Source: Candidatus Bathyarchaeota archaeon | GTDB taxonomy: Archaea; Thermoproteota; Bathyarchaeia; Bathyarchaeales; Bathycorpusculaceae | Assembly: GCA_963832745.1 (NCBI GenBank) | Contig: CAWHVC010000001.1 | Coordinates: forward strand, 719,555-783,554 | Reading direction: 5' to 3' | DNA length: 64,000 nt | Shown here: one piece after another, positions 39,573-49,693 of the stretch | Layout of the letters: every line of letters begins with the position of its first letter | How positions within the stretch are numbered: position 1 is the first letter of the stretch | Notes under the pieces: generated by a model | The model's database searches: none | Seen by the model: the letters and a program-made list of their open reading frames with translations, nothing else | Told to the model about the DNA's origin: nothing | Made by a program: the position numbers and the translations under genes

Positions 39573-40520
39573 TCAGAAAATTGAGTATTCAAAACCGTTC
39601 AGAGTTAAGTCCATTAAAGTATATACTCTGCCGCTTCTTTCCACATTTATCAACCATTCAAAGATGCCCATCAATAAGACAGGCTTTACAACATAAAGTT
39701 TCCCATTGACTTCCTTCTCCAGGCAACCAAAGAATCCATTTTTTAATGCACCAATTACAAGGATTGGCAAACTCGGGCCATTTGGGTCGCCAGTTACAAT
39801 TTCTTTTTTGATCTCCATAATTGTAAAGCATAACGTTACCTTCGTTACCTAAGTCGTTCAAAATATGTTTCTAAGTTCTTCGTCAGGAATTATCCTTCAG
39901 TGAAGAAACCGGACTTCGTAATTTTCGGTGTCATTTACTGCGAGAAGCATATTAATGGTTAGGAAAAGCTTGCAATGTTATTTGGTAGCCAAGCCTTTTC
40001 GATAGTCGATTAACGAAGGCGGCAACCGCCTCTTGCCAGGAACTGTCGACTGTCAGAACAGCATGAGACGCATATTCAATGGATCATCAAATATATTTCC
40101 ACCAAATATTGCGCCACCAGCGACATCATATATTGTGCCCTATCATGAATTATTTATGCCGTTCCAAAACTGTAAGTCATATTGCATATGGATTCAGAAC
40201 ATCAGCAAATATTCTATCAATATCACTTCTGCGTCGGGAATATTATGATTATTGTTGAGGTATTTTGTACACTAAGGACAATTACTCCATTAACGCTGGC
40301 AGAGCGTAGGTCCACAGCGAACGATAGATAACCCAAGGATTCAAAATATGGACATAAATTTTCTTGCCAACACCAATCTGCGAACCAGACCATTGAAGGA
40401 AGAGTTCACTGCGGAGTGTTACTGCGAAAGGGCCTGAACAGTATTTAGCAAGAGTCATGGGTAAAACAATTGCCATGCCAATAATTAGGGATAAGGTACA
40501 CCCAGTTATCAATCAATTTA
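39573..40520 (-). pseudogene. Heavily degraded gene remnant (membrane-anchored protein)
   Basis: Signal-anchor-like ITGCTLSLIIGMAIVLPM followed by short broken frames on the same strand. Confidence 0.3.
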
Positions 40521-40533
40521 TTAAACATGTTTA

Positions 40534-41379
40534 TCACCGAGTTGTTAAAATGAATTCCGCTAATAACCTATAGAACACATATAAAAAAGAGACGTAAACA
40601 TGAGTAACTTTTTTCAGGTTAAACATGAAATTAAGGATAAAATGGATAATAAAACTAGAGATGTACAACATTTTAGCGTCCAGTGCTTCGCCCAGTAAAC
40701 CTTTTTCCTGCACAGACGAACTAAAGGGCACAACGCCAATGACTTGTTCTTTACCGATTTGAGCGATTATTTTCTCTGCAACTGCGGGGTCTGCTTTGTT
40801 TATTATGAAGTATAGGGGTTTTTTGCTTTCTTGGGTCATGTCAGCAATTTTTTTGGATAACCTAATGGATTCATATGAGGGGTCAATGACTCCAAGGATA
40901 AGATCTACTCCGCCGGCTACACCACGACCTAAATGTTCCACCCCAGCTTCAGTATCAATAATAGCAACATCTTTTTGAGCCAAAGTCAAATGATTCAGAA
41001 AATCTTTTGAGAGCACACCCATTGGGCAGGCGCAGCCTTCATCAAAATGTTTAACCTTGCCAATTTGCAGCAGGTACAGGTTGCCTTTTTTGGAGATACT
41101 TTCTACGGGTATGTTTTCGATACGCCAAGACGCATCAAACACGGGTGCTTTGTGACCATCAACAACGCGGCCCATCTTGTTTTTGACTGCTTTTTTGCCG
41201 CCGATTTGCTCCATAAGCTCCACTGGTTCAGCAAGACCAAGTTGTGCGCTTAAGCCATAATTTGATTCGTCAGCATCCACCACCAACACACGGTAACCCT
41301 TAGCTTCCAAGTTTTTTGCTAAAAGCGAAGTGACGGTGCTTTTCCCGCTACCGCCTTTTCCGCAGATGAGGATTTTCAT
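40534..41379 (-). CDS. CooC-like (MinD family) nickel-insertion ATPase, atypical C-terminus
   Basis: GKGGSGKS, VDADE, GCACPMG, IDTEAGVEHLGRG. Confidence 0.88.
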   Translation of the reverse strand: MKILICGKGGSGKSTVTSLLAKNLEAKGYRVLVVDADESNYGLSAQLGLAEPVELMEQIGGKKAVKNKMGRVVDGHKAPVFDASWRIENIPVESISKKGNLYLLQIGKVKHFDEGCACPMGVLSKDFLNHLTLAQKDVAIIDTEAGVEHLGRGVAGGVDLILGVIDPSYESIRLSKKIADMTQESKKPLYFIINKADPAVAEKIIAQIGKEQVIGVVPFSSSVQEKGLLGEALDAKMLYISSFIIHFILNFMFNLKKVTHVYVSFLYVFYRLLAEFILTTR

Positions 41380-42179
41380 TTTTGCTTGCTCCGTTTGATT
41401 GTTATAAATTTGACGGCTGATTTTAAGGCTGGTGTACCGCCACCTTCGGAGACGACTTGCATCATTTTGGCTGCATCCACTACTTTGACGCCGCCGACGA
41501 TAGTTACGCCATGGTCAAAAAGCACTTCAGGCAATATGCCAGCGGTTGCACCGATGATTACGACTTCTCGCGCGTTTTTGGTGAGTTCAAGCAGATGGTC
41601 TATTGTTCCATTCACTAAAGCGGTTCCAGTGATTAAGACTACATCGGCATTGGGCAGTATTTGGTCGCAAGCAGTGTCTGGAAGGATACCTTCTTCGCGC
41701 CTGCTGGGGGTGCGTTCAAGAATGTAAAGTTTTTTAGAGTTTGCTCTTATACGTGGAACTAACGGTCCAATGTAACCAACTAAAGCCACAACGTCGTTTC
41801 TGGTTAGCGTCAAGTATTCAATTACGTCGCCGGTTAAAACTTCATAGTTTTGAGGGTTTTGGTCCATAACGATTTGCGAAAGCGCGTTTAAGACTGCGAA
41901 ACCGATTATGCCTTCTCTGAGGTCCCATGATTTTGCTTTTTCCGCCAGCTTGATGGCTTGTGACCCAGCGAGGGTTCCAGCATAGTTTGAGACCTGACAG
42001 TGACTGCTGCATTGTGCTATTTCAGTTTGGAAAGTATAGCATAATCCAGAGTGCCCATCACTAAGACGTACGCCAGTGTAGCCAAGACCTAAAACAATCT
42101 GCTCAACAACTATGCGGTCAATATCTGGAATGAGAGTCTTTACTTTTTCTAATGCTTCTTCAACTATTCGGCCAGTCAT
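41376..42179 (-). CDS. DUF364 family (Rossmann-like, putative metal chelation) protein
   Basis: GLGYTGV, AVLNALSQ, VALVG, ADVVLITGTALVNGTIDHLL; start MTGRIVEE overlapping the upstream stop. Confidence 0.8.
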   Translation of the reverse strand: MTGRIVEEALEKVKTLIPDIDRIVVEQIVLGLGYTGVRLSDGHSGLCYTFQTEIAQCSSHCQVSNYAGTLAGSQAIKLAEKAKSWDLREGIIGFAVLNALSQIVMDQNPQNYEVLTGDVIEYLTLTRNDVVALVGYIGPLVPRIRANSKKLYILERTPSRREEGILPDTACDQILPNADVVLITGTALVNGTIDHLLELTKNAREVVIIGATAGILPEVLFDHGVTIVGGVKVVDAAKMMQVVSEGGGTPALKSAVKFITIKRSKQK

Positions 42180-42745
42180 AACAAGGTTCCTTCTTTGATT
42201 GTTTCGGTATAATATTTGCCGTTGGCGCAGGCGCGGCACAAAATCTTTTGGTTTATTATTACTTCACGGCCATCCATTATTCTTTCGCCGCAAACAGCAC
42301 AGTTTTCCCGTTTCTTAGGCAAACCAGGCAAATCCACTTCTGCAATAGTCATTTTTACTTCCTGAAGGTTAACCACTTCATGTTCAGGTGAAGCAGCCAT
42401 CTTTGCAACCACCTCTTCTGGAGAGCCTTTGATTTCGCAGCTTTCAAGAATAGTTGCACGTACAGCTTTACCTGTTGTCAGATTTACAAAGGTGGCAGCG
42501 AATTTTCCGTAATCAACATGTTTTAGTGTTCGGTGCCCCAGTGTGCAGCCACTGATAACCTGTATCGCATCGGTCATGCAACGGTCAATTTCAGCATACA
42601 CAATAAGGTTCTTGTTTCTGACAGCGGGGTCTAAACCGAGGTGCCGCATTGCTGCTAAGGTCATTTTGGTTCCCATAGCGATGCCGAAACAGACATGCCC
42701 ATGGTATTCTCCAACTTTTTTTACATAGGTTTCAAATTTGGTCAT
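42176..42745 (-). CDS. FmdE family protein with C-terminal zinc finger
   Basis: YHGHVCFG, EIDRCMTDAIQ, GCTLG, CAVCGE...LCRAC. Confidence 0.9.
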   Translation of the reverse strand: MTKFETYVKKVGEYHGHVCFGIAMGTKMTLAAMRHLGLDPAVRNKNLIVYAEIDRCMTDAIQVISGCTLGHRTLKHVDYGKFAATFVNLTTGKAVRATILESCEIKGSPEEVVAKMAASPEHEVVNLQEVKMTIAEVDLPGLPKKRENCAVCGERIMDGREVIINQKILCRACANGKYYTETIKEGTLL

Positions 42746-43553
42746 TTATTTTTGTCTCCGGGTTACTTTCTCCAACAGGTACGCAAATCTTCCGGTTAAC
42801 GCCTACATTAACGTCAACTATTTTGACTTTAATTTTGTAGACTTTCTCCAAATTAGATTCAGTCACAATATCACTAGGGGGCCCAACACCAATCAATTCA
42901 CCACGCTTCATCAGAGCCACCTTGTTTGACACTAAAAAGGCGTGGTCAGGAAAATGTGAAGTCATAATTATCGGCAAACCGTTACTGGCTAACTTTTGCA
43001 ATATTCCTAACAGTTTTATTTGGTTTCCAAAATCTAAATGCGAAGTCGGCTCATCAAGTAAAAGCAGGGAAGGCTGTTGCGCCAGAATTCTGGCGATAAG
43101 CACCAGTTGTCTTTCGCCGCCGCTAAGCGCGGTATAACTAGCATTAATTAGGTGAGATATACCCATGTCTTCCATTGCCTGCTTAGCGATTAAGACGTCT
43201 TCTTTTTTTGGAGAATTCAAAAAGCCAATGTGTGGAGCCCTGCCAACCAGCACTGCATCCAGCACTGAAAAAGCAAAACTGGGCTGATGAAACTGTGGTA
43301 CATAACCCACGGATTTTGCTATTTCAACCCGTGACAAATCAGACAAGTTTCTGCCGTTTATCGTGATTTTGCCGTCGTGCAGTTTCATTAAGCCATCAAT
43401 GCATTTTAGAAGCGTTGTTTTTCCACAACCATTTGGCCCAAGTATGGACATTACGCCCGGCTTGTCTAAATCAAAGCTGACGTCTCTAAAGCCGTTTTTT
43501 TTCTCTAAATCGTAATGATACTCGGCTTGTTTAATACAAAGTTTCATGCCCAA
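42732..43553 (-). CDS. Type II ABC importer ATPase (FecE/MolC-like)
   Basis: GPNGCGKT, LSGGERQ, LLDEPTSHLD, SHFPDHA. Confidence 0.9.
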   Translation of the reverse strand: MGMKLCIKQAEYHYDLEKKNGFRDVSFDLDKPGVMSILGPNGCGKTTLLKCIDGLMKLHDGKITINGRNLSDLSRVEIAKSVGYVPQFHQPSFAFSVLDAVLVGRAPHIGFLNSPKKEDVLIAKQAMEDMGISHLINASYTALSGGERQLVLIARILAQQPSLLLLDEPTSHLDFGNQIKLLGILQKLASNGLPIIMTSHFPDHAFLVSNKVALMKRGELIGVGPPSDIVTESNLEKVYKIKVKIVDVNVGVNRKICVPVGESNPETKINDQI

Positions 43554-44614
43554 CCTTTTCCCCTCCGGCTAAGCATATAAAGGAAGAACGGTGCACCAAT
43601 CATTGCTGTCAAAATTCCAAGGGGTATTTCTAGGCTTGATGCTGTGCGTGCGATGTCATCGATAAGTAAAAGGTAACATGCACCCAGCAGAAGGCATACA
43701 GGCAAGAGACGCTTGTGGTCAGGTCCAACCAGCAATCGGCTTATATGAGGAATAACCAAACCTACCCAGCCAATGATACCACTAAGGCAAACCGCTGAAG
43801 CACTCATTAGGGTACAACAAATTACTATTATAATACGAATTTGGCTAACATTTACGCCTAAGGCTTGAGCTTCTTCTTCACCCATTGCCAAAACGTTAAA
43901 GCGCCAACGAATAAGCAAAAGGATAACCGCACCAGTCACCAGCGGAACTGCTGCAACCAGCACGTCAATCGTAGTAAGGGAAGCTAAACTACCCATTAAC
44001 CAGTAAATAATCATTGGCAACTGATTGGTCGGATCAGCGATATACTCCATCAATGCTAAAGAAGCATTAAAAAAGGAAGAAATTGCTAAGCCCGCTAACA
44101 CTAAACTAAGAGTACGATTGCCTTTAACCACCTTACTAACACTATAAACAATAGTTACTGCTATAATCGCGAAACAAAAAGCGAAAGCTTGAATCATAAA
44201 CTTGTCGCCTGATATCAAAATGGCCAATGCAGCCCCAAAACCGGCTCCTGCAGAAACACCGAGAATGTCGGGTGAAACCAGTGGATTGCGGAAAAGCCCT
44301 TGAAATGAACCGCCTGCCAAAGAAAGGGCTGCACCAACCAAAATAGCGGCTGATATTCTTGGCAACCTAACGGTCATTACTACATGGTTAGGAATAGTGT
44401 CCTGCGCGTGCCCTAAAATGTTAGATACCAAAATATCAACCACATCACCAGGAGAAATATGGTATATTCCCAATCCTAAAGATAATACAGTGAGAGACAC
44501 AAGCAAAACTAGTAAAATCATGGCCACAGGGAGACCCCGGAGTGATTTTAGCAAGTGCAAAAGTTTAGTAACACACTGTTTACGGATTTCAATCGTCTTA
44601 GTTTTTGCTTTTAT
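43544..44614 (-). CDS. Type II ABC importer permease (FecCD/MolB-like); start either TTG 44560 or ATA 44614
   Basis: VRLPRI, FRNPLVSPDILGVSAGA, GEEEAQALG, IGWVGLVIPH, EIPLGILT. Confidence 0.92.
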   Translation of the reverse strand: MKAKTKTIEIRKQCVTKLLHLLKSLRGLPVAMILLVLLVSLTVLSLGLGIYHISPGDVVDILVSNILGHAQDTIPNHVVMTVRLPRISAAILVGAALSLAGGSFQGLFRNPLVSPDILGVSAGAGFGAALAILISGDKFMIQAFAFCFAIIAVTIVYSVSKVVKGNRTLSLVLAGLAISSFFNASLALMEYIADPTNQLPMIIYWLMGSLASLTTIDVLVAAVPLVTGAVILLLIRWRFNVLAMGEEEAQALGVNVSQIRIIIVICCTLMSASAVCLSGIIGWVGLVIPHISRLLVGPDHKRLLPVCLLLGACYLLLIDDIARTASSLEIPLGILTAMIGAPFFLYMLSRRGKGWA

Positions 44615-44679
44615 GTTCCCACCTCATGTTAAAATAATTTTCAATTGCTGACTAAAAAAAGGAAAAAGGGATTGTGTGG

Positions 44680-45909
44680 TTAGATGTTTCCTCCGCCAAG
44701 TAACGTTTGAACCTGCTCTGCTGTTAAGTCGTAGTGGAAGAACTCTGAGTAGAATGTCTGCACTTGCGCGTTAAGATCTAAGTCGGTGGTTAAGCTTGGG
44801 TAGAGCGTGTGAACCATCCAGTACATGCCCAAAATCTGGCCGGGACCTGGTGGACCATCAAACCATGAATACGGATTATCTGGTCTGATTACTACGTTAC
44901 CGTTTTTAACTGCATCCAGTTGGTTCCAATTTGAACTGCTCATGATTGTGTTGTAAAGCGTGGCTTGACTGCCGCGTCCAATTATGATCATGTCTGGGTT
45001 CCATTGGTAGATTGCTTCCATAGAGGTTGAAGCCATGCCGTAGCCGGGCAAAAGTTCAACATTAGCAACGTTTACGCCACCGCAGAATGAAACAAGCATT
45101 GTATGCATTGAACCTTGAGGGTCAGTGTTAAGTCCAGCTGAGCCTTCTGCATAGTAAACTGTGACTTTATCGGCTGGTTGAATGTTGAAAACTTTGGAGG
45201 TTACGTAGTTCATTGCGTCTTGGTAATAATTATTGAGTTTTTGCGCTTGCTCTTGTACGCCCAGCAGGTTGCCTATGAAAGTGATTTCAGCACTGTATTG
45301 TGTTAAGTAGTCCCCAGCTTTGCATCCTATCACTGGAACTGAACCGAACTGTGCTTGGCGTTCTTCAACTTGCTCAAGGGTATTACATGAACCATCTATG
45401 ATGATATCAGGTTCTGCGGCTAAGAAAGTTTCAATGTTGCCAGTTTGTTGCCCGAACCAGCCGCCAACTACAGTTAGGTTTGCGTACTGGGTTGGCACAT
45501 AGGTTGGGTTACCATTAAATGTGAAGGGTATACCGGCAAGCATGTCTGGGGCTATCATGTAAACGAATTCTGCTTCAATTGGGCCTGTGCATAATACACG
45601 GTGAATTGTTGTTGGTACTGTTACGGTTCTTCCATACATGTCAACGACTGTTGTTGTGGTTGGAGTCGTTGTCGGGGTAGGTGTCGGGGTTGCAGTTGGA
45701 GTGGGTGAAGTGCTAGTGGTTGGGGTTGGCGTTGCAGTTGCTGAGGGTGAAGGTGACGTAGATTCTGTTGGCGTCGGAGTTGCTGTTGCTGAAGGAGACG
45801 GCGAGGGTGAACCTGTTAAGATGTAGGGTGAAGCTAAAGCTGCGGCTGCTATGATAATTACCAGTGCAATTGCAATAATTATTATGTTCCGATTTTTATT
45901 TTCCATCAA
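44680..45909 (-). CDS. Type II ABC importer substrate-binding protein with Pro/Thr-rich linker
   Basis: N-terminal TM, PT linker, DMYGRTVTVP, WNPDMII, AVKNGNV, PYSWFDGPPG. Confidence 0.9.
   Translation of the reverse strand: MMENKNRNIIIIAIALVIIIAAAALASPYILTGSPSPSPSATATPTPTESTSPSPSATATPTPTTSTSPTPTATPTPTPTTTPTTTTVVDMYGRTVTVPTTIHRVLCTGPIEAEFVYMIAPDMLAGIPFTFNGNPTYVPTQYANLTVVGGWFGQQTGNIETFLAAEPDIIIDGSCNTLEQVEERQAQFGSVPVIGCKAGDYLTQYSAEITFIGNLLGVQEQAQKLNNYYQDAMNYVTSKVFNIQPADKVTVYYAEGSAGLNTDPQGSMHTMLVSFCGGVNVANVELLPGYGMASTSMEAIYQWNPDMIIIGRGSQATLYNTIMSSSNWNQLDAVKNGNVVIRPDNPYSWFDGPPGPGQILGMYWMVHTLYPSLTTDLDLNAQVQTFYSEFFHYDLTAEQVQTLLGGGNI
45640..45812 (-). repeat. Pro/Thr/Ser-rich low-complexity linker with duplicated SPSPSATATPTPT
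   Basis: Protein-level tandem repeat with synonymous divergence. Confidence 0.7.
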
Positions 45910-45955
45910 ATTTTCCTCTTAGTAACTTTAGAAAAAAGGCAATCAAGCCGTATTC

Positions 45956-45984
45956 TATAAGCCTTGGTAAACCGAACTGCTTAC
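45956..45984 (-). promoter_or_regulatory. Promoter with candidate Tfx operator (copy 1)
   Basis: TATAAGccTTGGTAAACCGAACtGcTTAC; near-identical to 46773-46802. Confidence 0.7.
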
Positions 45985-46066
45985 ATAATACTATCGTATA
46001 TGGGTGGCAAGAAAGAAAAACAGGCATAACAGCACGAAGATAAGTTAGGGCTTAAAAATTAGAAAA

Positions 46067-46729
46067 TTAGAGAGGGCGATAATAAGGACCCTTCAGGCAT
46101 GCTCTGCACAAAACTTGCCCATCATGCTCAACACTCATCCCACTCATAATTTCCTCACCACATTTCGAACAGAAAACTGCAGGGGTATCCCTTGAAGAAA
46201 TAAGCGGACTATCCCAAGTTACTTTGACAGCTTGAAAATCAAGCAACTCTTCAGGAGTCATCTTCATAAAAGCGTTCATCAACACCTGCCTTTCCAGCCG
46301 AGACATAGCTTCAACTTTTTCGTTAGGTTTTATAATGCCATCTTTAACTGCTAACGCTAAGGCCCTAGGCATAAAATCTTTCCTTGAAAAAACACGGTAA
46401 CCCTCTCCTGTCCGGCCATCAACAAAAGTGGCGGCTGATTTCCCGTAATACAGCATTTTGAATTTTCTGCTGCCAGCACTACAGCCTGTAGCAATTTGTA
46501 TCCCGTCTGCGGGGCACTTGTCATTTTCAACAAAAACTACAAGGTACTCTCTTTTGTCTGCTTCAGATAAGTTAAGCAGTTTAAGACCTAACTGAGCCAT
46601 TTTTATCCCTAAGGGTAAACCTAGACAACGGTGACCACGCAGCTCTGCTGCTTTTTGGATTAAACCTTCAAAATCGTCAAAATTTACAGGTTTTTGTTCA
46701 TGATGATGAGGTTTCAGGGGATTGCAAAT
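46067..46729 (-). CDS. Second FmdE family protein; frame is open to an ATT at 46729
   Basis: In-frame upstream AAELRGHRCLGLPLG, ENDKCPADGIQ, CSKCGE...LCRAC; no in-frame ATG/GTG/TTG before the N-terminal motif. Confidence 0.8.
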   Translation of the reverse strand: MCNPLKPHHHEQKPVNFDDFEGLIQKAAELRGHRCLGLPLGIKMAQLGLKLLNLSEADKREYLVVFVENDKCPADGIQIATGCSAGSRKFKMLYYGKSAATFVDGRTGEGYRVFSRKDFMPRALALAVKDGIIKPNEKVEAMSRLERQVLMNAFMKMTPEELLDFQAVKVTWDSPLISSRDTPAVFCSKCGEEIMSGMSVEHDGQVLCRACLKGPYYRPL

Positions 46730-46772
46730 TGTGTGGCTCCTTTTTGGTTGAGTCGCTTACTCGTGATTACTT

Positions 46773-46802
46773 TATAAGTGTTGGTAAACCGAACAGATTA
46801 CC
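46773..46802 (-). promoter_or_regulatory. Promoter with candidate Tfx operator (copy 2)
   Basis: TATAAGtgTTGGTAAACCGAACaGaTTACC; GGTAA-N10-TTACC inverted repeat upstream of minus-strand TTATAAA. Confidence 0.7.
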
Positions 46803-46835
46803 TCTTTAAAAAAAGACGCCTAACTTTCGGGTTTT

Positions 46836-47306
46836 CTATTTGACAAGCAACTGTCCATCAGGTTTTATCCTCACGGATAAGGGGGAAACTAAACGGTATT
46901 GTCTAAGTTTACCCTTCGACTTAACCATAGACAATATACCATTTTCATCTATCTTTACTTTGATGCCTAATGCATCTCCGCGCAAGAAAATAAGTCGAGG
47001 AACATCATAAAGTGAAGTATGACTGGGCACCAAAAAAACGCCGTCTTCATGCAAAGATTCAAACGCTTCAATAGTTGCTTGAGCTTCCCAAACAACTTTG
47101 TAAGCGTTACGTTCAATAATGCTCACGTTTGCCCGGCTTGTGCCAAGCAGTTTAGCGACTTTTTCCTGTGTAAATCCACGTTTCCGCAGCAATAAAACTT
47201 CCATTTGCCGAGTGGTGAGGTTTGTGCGGCTTTTAACTCGCAACTGTCTTTTTACGTCTAAGCTGCTTTGGGTTTTTCTGATAATTGACCAGTCAATTAC
47301 TGTCAC
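46836..47306 (-). CDS. Tfx family DNA-binding protein
   Basis: LTTRQMEVLLLRKRGFTQEKVAKLLGTSRANVSIIERNA, LYDVPRLIF..GDALGIKV. Confidence 0.85.
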   Translation of the reverse strand: MTVIDWSIIRKTQSSLDVKRQLRVKSRTNLTTRQMEVLLLRKRGFTQEKVAKLLGTSRANVSIIERNAYKVVWEAQATIEAFESLHEDGVFLVPSHTSLYDVPRLIFLRGDALGIKVKIDENGILSMVKSKGKLRQYRLVSPLSVRIKPDGQLLVK

Positions 47307-47845
47307 TGTTTAGCCTCCCTACATTTAGAATATTTATTAATTATTTGTCTTGCAGCATAAGACAGGTTCACTTGGGAACCTTTAGTGTAGTAAGTGACAT
47401 GTTTGATTTCGTTTTTAGGTTCAGCAACGCCATTTACTTTTATTAAGTATACTTTGTGGTGGTCTTGGAAGAAACCGCCTTTTATGTCTCTTTGAATGCG
47501 TCCCTTGCATTCAAAAAGCCAAGAGCACTCAACAGTTTTTAGGCAAGTTTCTTCTTCAAGTTCTCTTACGGCGGCATCTTTGCGGGTTTCTCTGTTTTTG
47601 GCTGCGCCACCTGGCAAATCATATTTTTTCCCGTTTTCGCTTACTACAAGTATTCCTTGGGAGGTGTCTACTATTGCGGTGCCTCTTCTACGTGTTCGAA
47701 AATGCAGATATCGTTTCCATCGGGGTTTGCTTTTGACTTGTTTTGGTTGTTCGATAACGTGTGTGTTTGATGATTTTGGTGTGTGGTTGGGGGCTTCGGG
47801 TGATTGTAACAGATAGTTAATTGTTTGGCGTTGGTATGCTGTTAT
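47303..47845 (-). CDS. NUDIX hydrolase; true start uncertain (upstream of 47690)
   Basis: Nudix box GG.....ETRKDAAVRELEEET; in-frame upstream RRRGTAIVDTSQGILVV with no canonical in-frame start. Confidence 0.75.
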   Translation of the reverse strand: MTAYQRQTINYLLQSPEAPNHTPKSSNTHVIEQPKQVKSKPRWKRYLHFRTRRRGTAIVDTSQGILVVSENGKKYDLPGGAAKNRETRKDAAVRELEEETCLKTVECSWLFECKGRIQRDIKGGFFQDHHKVYLIKVNGVAEPKNEIKHVTYYTKGSQVNLSYAARQIINKYSKCREAKQ

Positions 47846-47981
47846 TTTTTACAAGCCCCCACTCGATGTTACTGGTTAATAATTTCGGTAATTAAGTCTT
47901 ACGCCCAAAAAAACAAACTACCAAACATAAAACACATCAAACAACACCCATACAAGCAATAAACAGCAATAAAAGTTGAGT

Positions 47982-48012
47982 AAAAAGAGGAGTCACTGGC
48001 TTGTAACCAGTG
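47982..48012 (-). terminator. Putative terminator after atpK
   Basis: CACTGG-N7-CCAGTG hairpin (47994-48012) followed by CTCTTTTT on the minus strand. Confidence 0.4.
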
Positions 48013-48036
48013 TTCTTCGGGGGGTTAACTGTTTAT

Positions 48037-48471
<435 letters not shown>

Positions 48472-48604
48472 TTAAAAACGGGTAAAACAGGTTTCAAGGC
48501 AAAATATATGCTTGGTCAAGAGCGTTAACTTTGCACAAAAAATTCAATATTTATGGTGAAGCTTTTGAAGCTCCAACCATTTTTTGTCATGTTTTAGCAT
48601 TAAA

Positions 48605-49054
48605 CTATTTTATCACTAAAACAGGACAAGGCGAATACTCTATCACACGTTGAGTGACACTGCCGATAAGAATTCGGTCTGTACTTCTAAGGCCAGTTGT
48701 GCCCATAACTATTAAGTCCACACTTTGACTTTTAGCCAGATCCACAATCTGTTCAAAGGGTTGCCCCTCCTTAATTATTGAGTCAACAGCAACACCTTGT
48801 TTCTCGGCCAAACCAGCTATATAGTTGATGTAGCCTTGACCACTATCTTTTAGGTCTTGTTTGATCAGGGAGGTTCCTTTTTGGAATTGATTGACTACAA
48901 AATTGTCAAGTACATAGACAGCTAAAATTTTGGCTCCATGCACTTTGGCGATGCTCAACGCGTATTCAGCTGCACGAACACTATGGCCTGACCCGTCAGT
49001 TGGAACCAAAATCAGCTTAATAGTTTCAGAACTAAATTTTTTAGTTTCTTGCAT
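48605..49054 (-). CDS. Universal stress protein (Usp)
   Basis: ILVPTDGS, DLIVMGTTG, IGSVTQRVIEYSPCPVLVI. Confidence 0.92.
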   Translation of the reverse strand: MQETKKFSSETIKLILVPTDGSGHSVRAAEYALSIAKVHGAKILAVYVLDNFVVNQFQKGTSLIKQDLKDSGQGYINYIAGLAEKQGVAVDSIIKEGQPFEQIVDLAKSQSVDLIVMGTTGLRSTDRILIGSVTQRVIEYSPCPVLVIK

Positions 49055-49684
49055 TTATTGTCTCGCCTTAATCATGTTTTTAATTCGTTTAGTTCTAACA
49101 AATTCTTCACGTTCTTTTTCCTCTAAAACAAGTTCGATCCACTTTACAGCATCACGATATTTTGGGATAAGAACATATTTTAAAGCGTTAACTCGACGTT
49201 GTGTCCGGTTGACGTCATTGGCAAGCTGAAACGTTGTACCCTCAGCTTTAGCTAAATCGCCAACCAGTCTAAGCACAGCATAGAACTGCTTAAAGGCTTT
49301 GTCCAAGTCTGCACTTGTGTTTGCGAAACCATAATCAGGTTTCAAGTTTTTTTCGCTTTGAAACTCAACAATTGGAACAGTAACGCCCATTATACTTCGG
49401 GTATCTACAAGATAATTAGCCTTATAGGGGGAACCTAACGCAACATTTGAGATGGTTTCAGAGCCCTTGGCAATGTTTGCTTCCCTAAGACTCTGATAAG
49501 CGGCAGTTAAGGCAGTTGTTACATTTGCACGTATCTGTTCAGCGTCGTAAATGCTGTTTCGCAATTCCCGCAGTAGAATATCACGTTTGCGTTCAAGGAC
49601 TTCACGCCCAGTCTCCGCTAGTTTTAGCGTCTTTTTTGTTTGAATAAGACTAATTCTTGTTGGGCTAATATTTTCCATTGACAT
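49055..49684 (-). CDS. atpD: A/V-type ATP synthase subunit D
   Basis: SPTRISL, LERKRDIL, TQRRVNAL, EEKEREEFVR. Confidence 0.95.
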   Translation of the reverse strand: MSMENISPTRISLIQTKKTLKLAETGREVLERKRDILLRELRNSIYDAEQIRANVTTALTAAYQSLREANIAKGSETISNVALGSPYKANYLVDTRSIMGVTVPIVEFQSEKNLKPDYGFANTSADLDKAFKQFYAVLRLVGDLAKAEGTTFQLANDVNRTQRRVNALKYVLIPKYRDAVKWIELVLEEKEREEFVRTKRIKNMIKARQ

Positions 49685-49693
49685 GGAACTATT

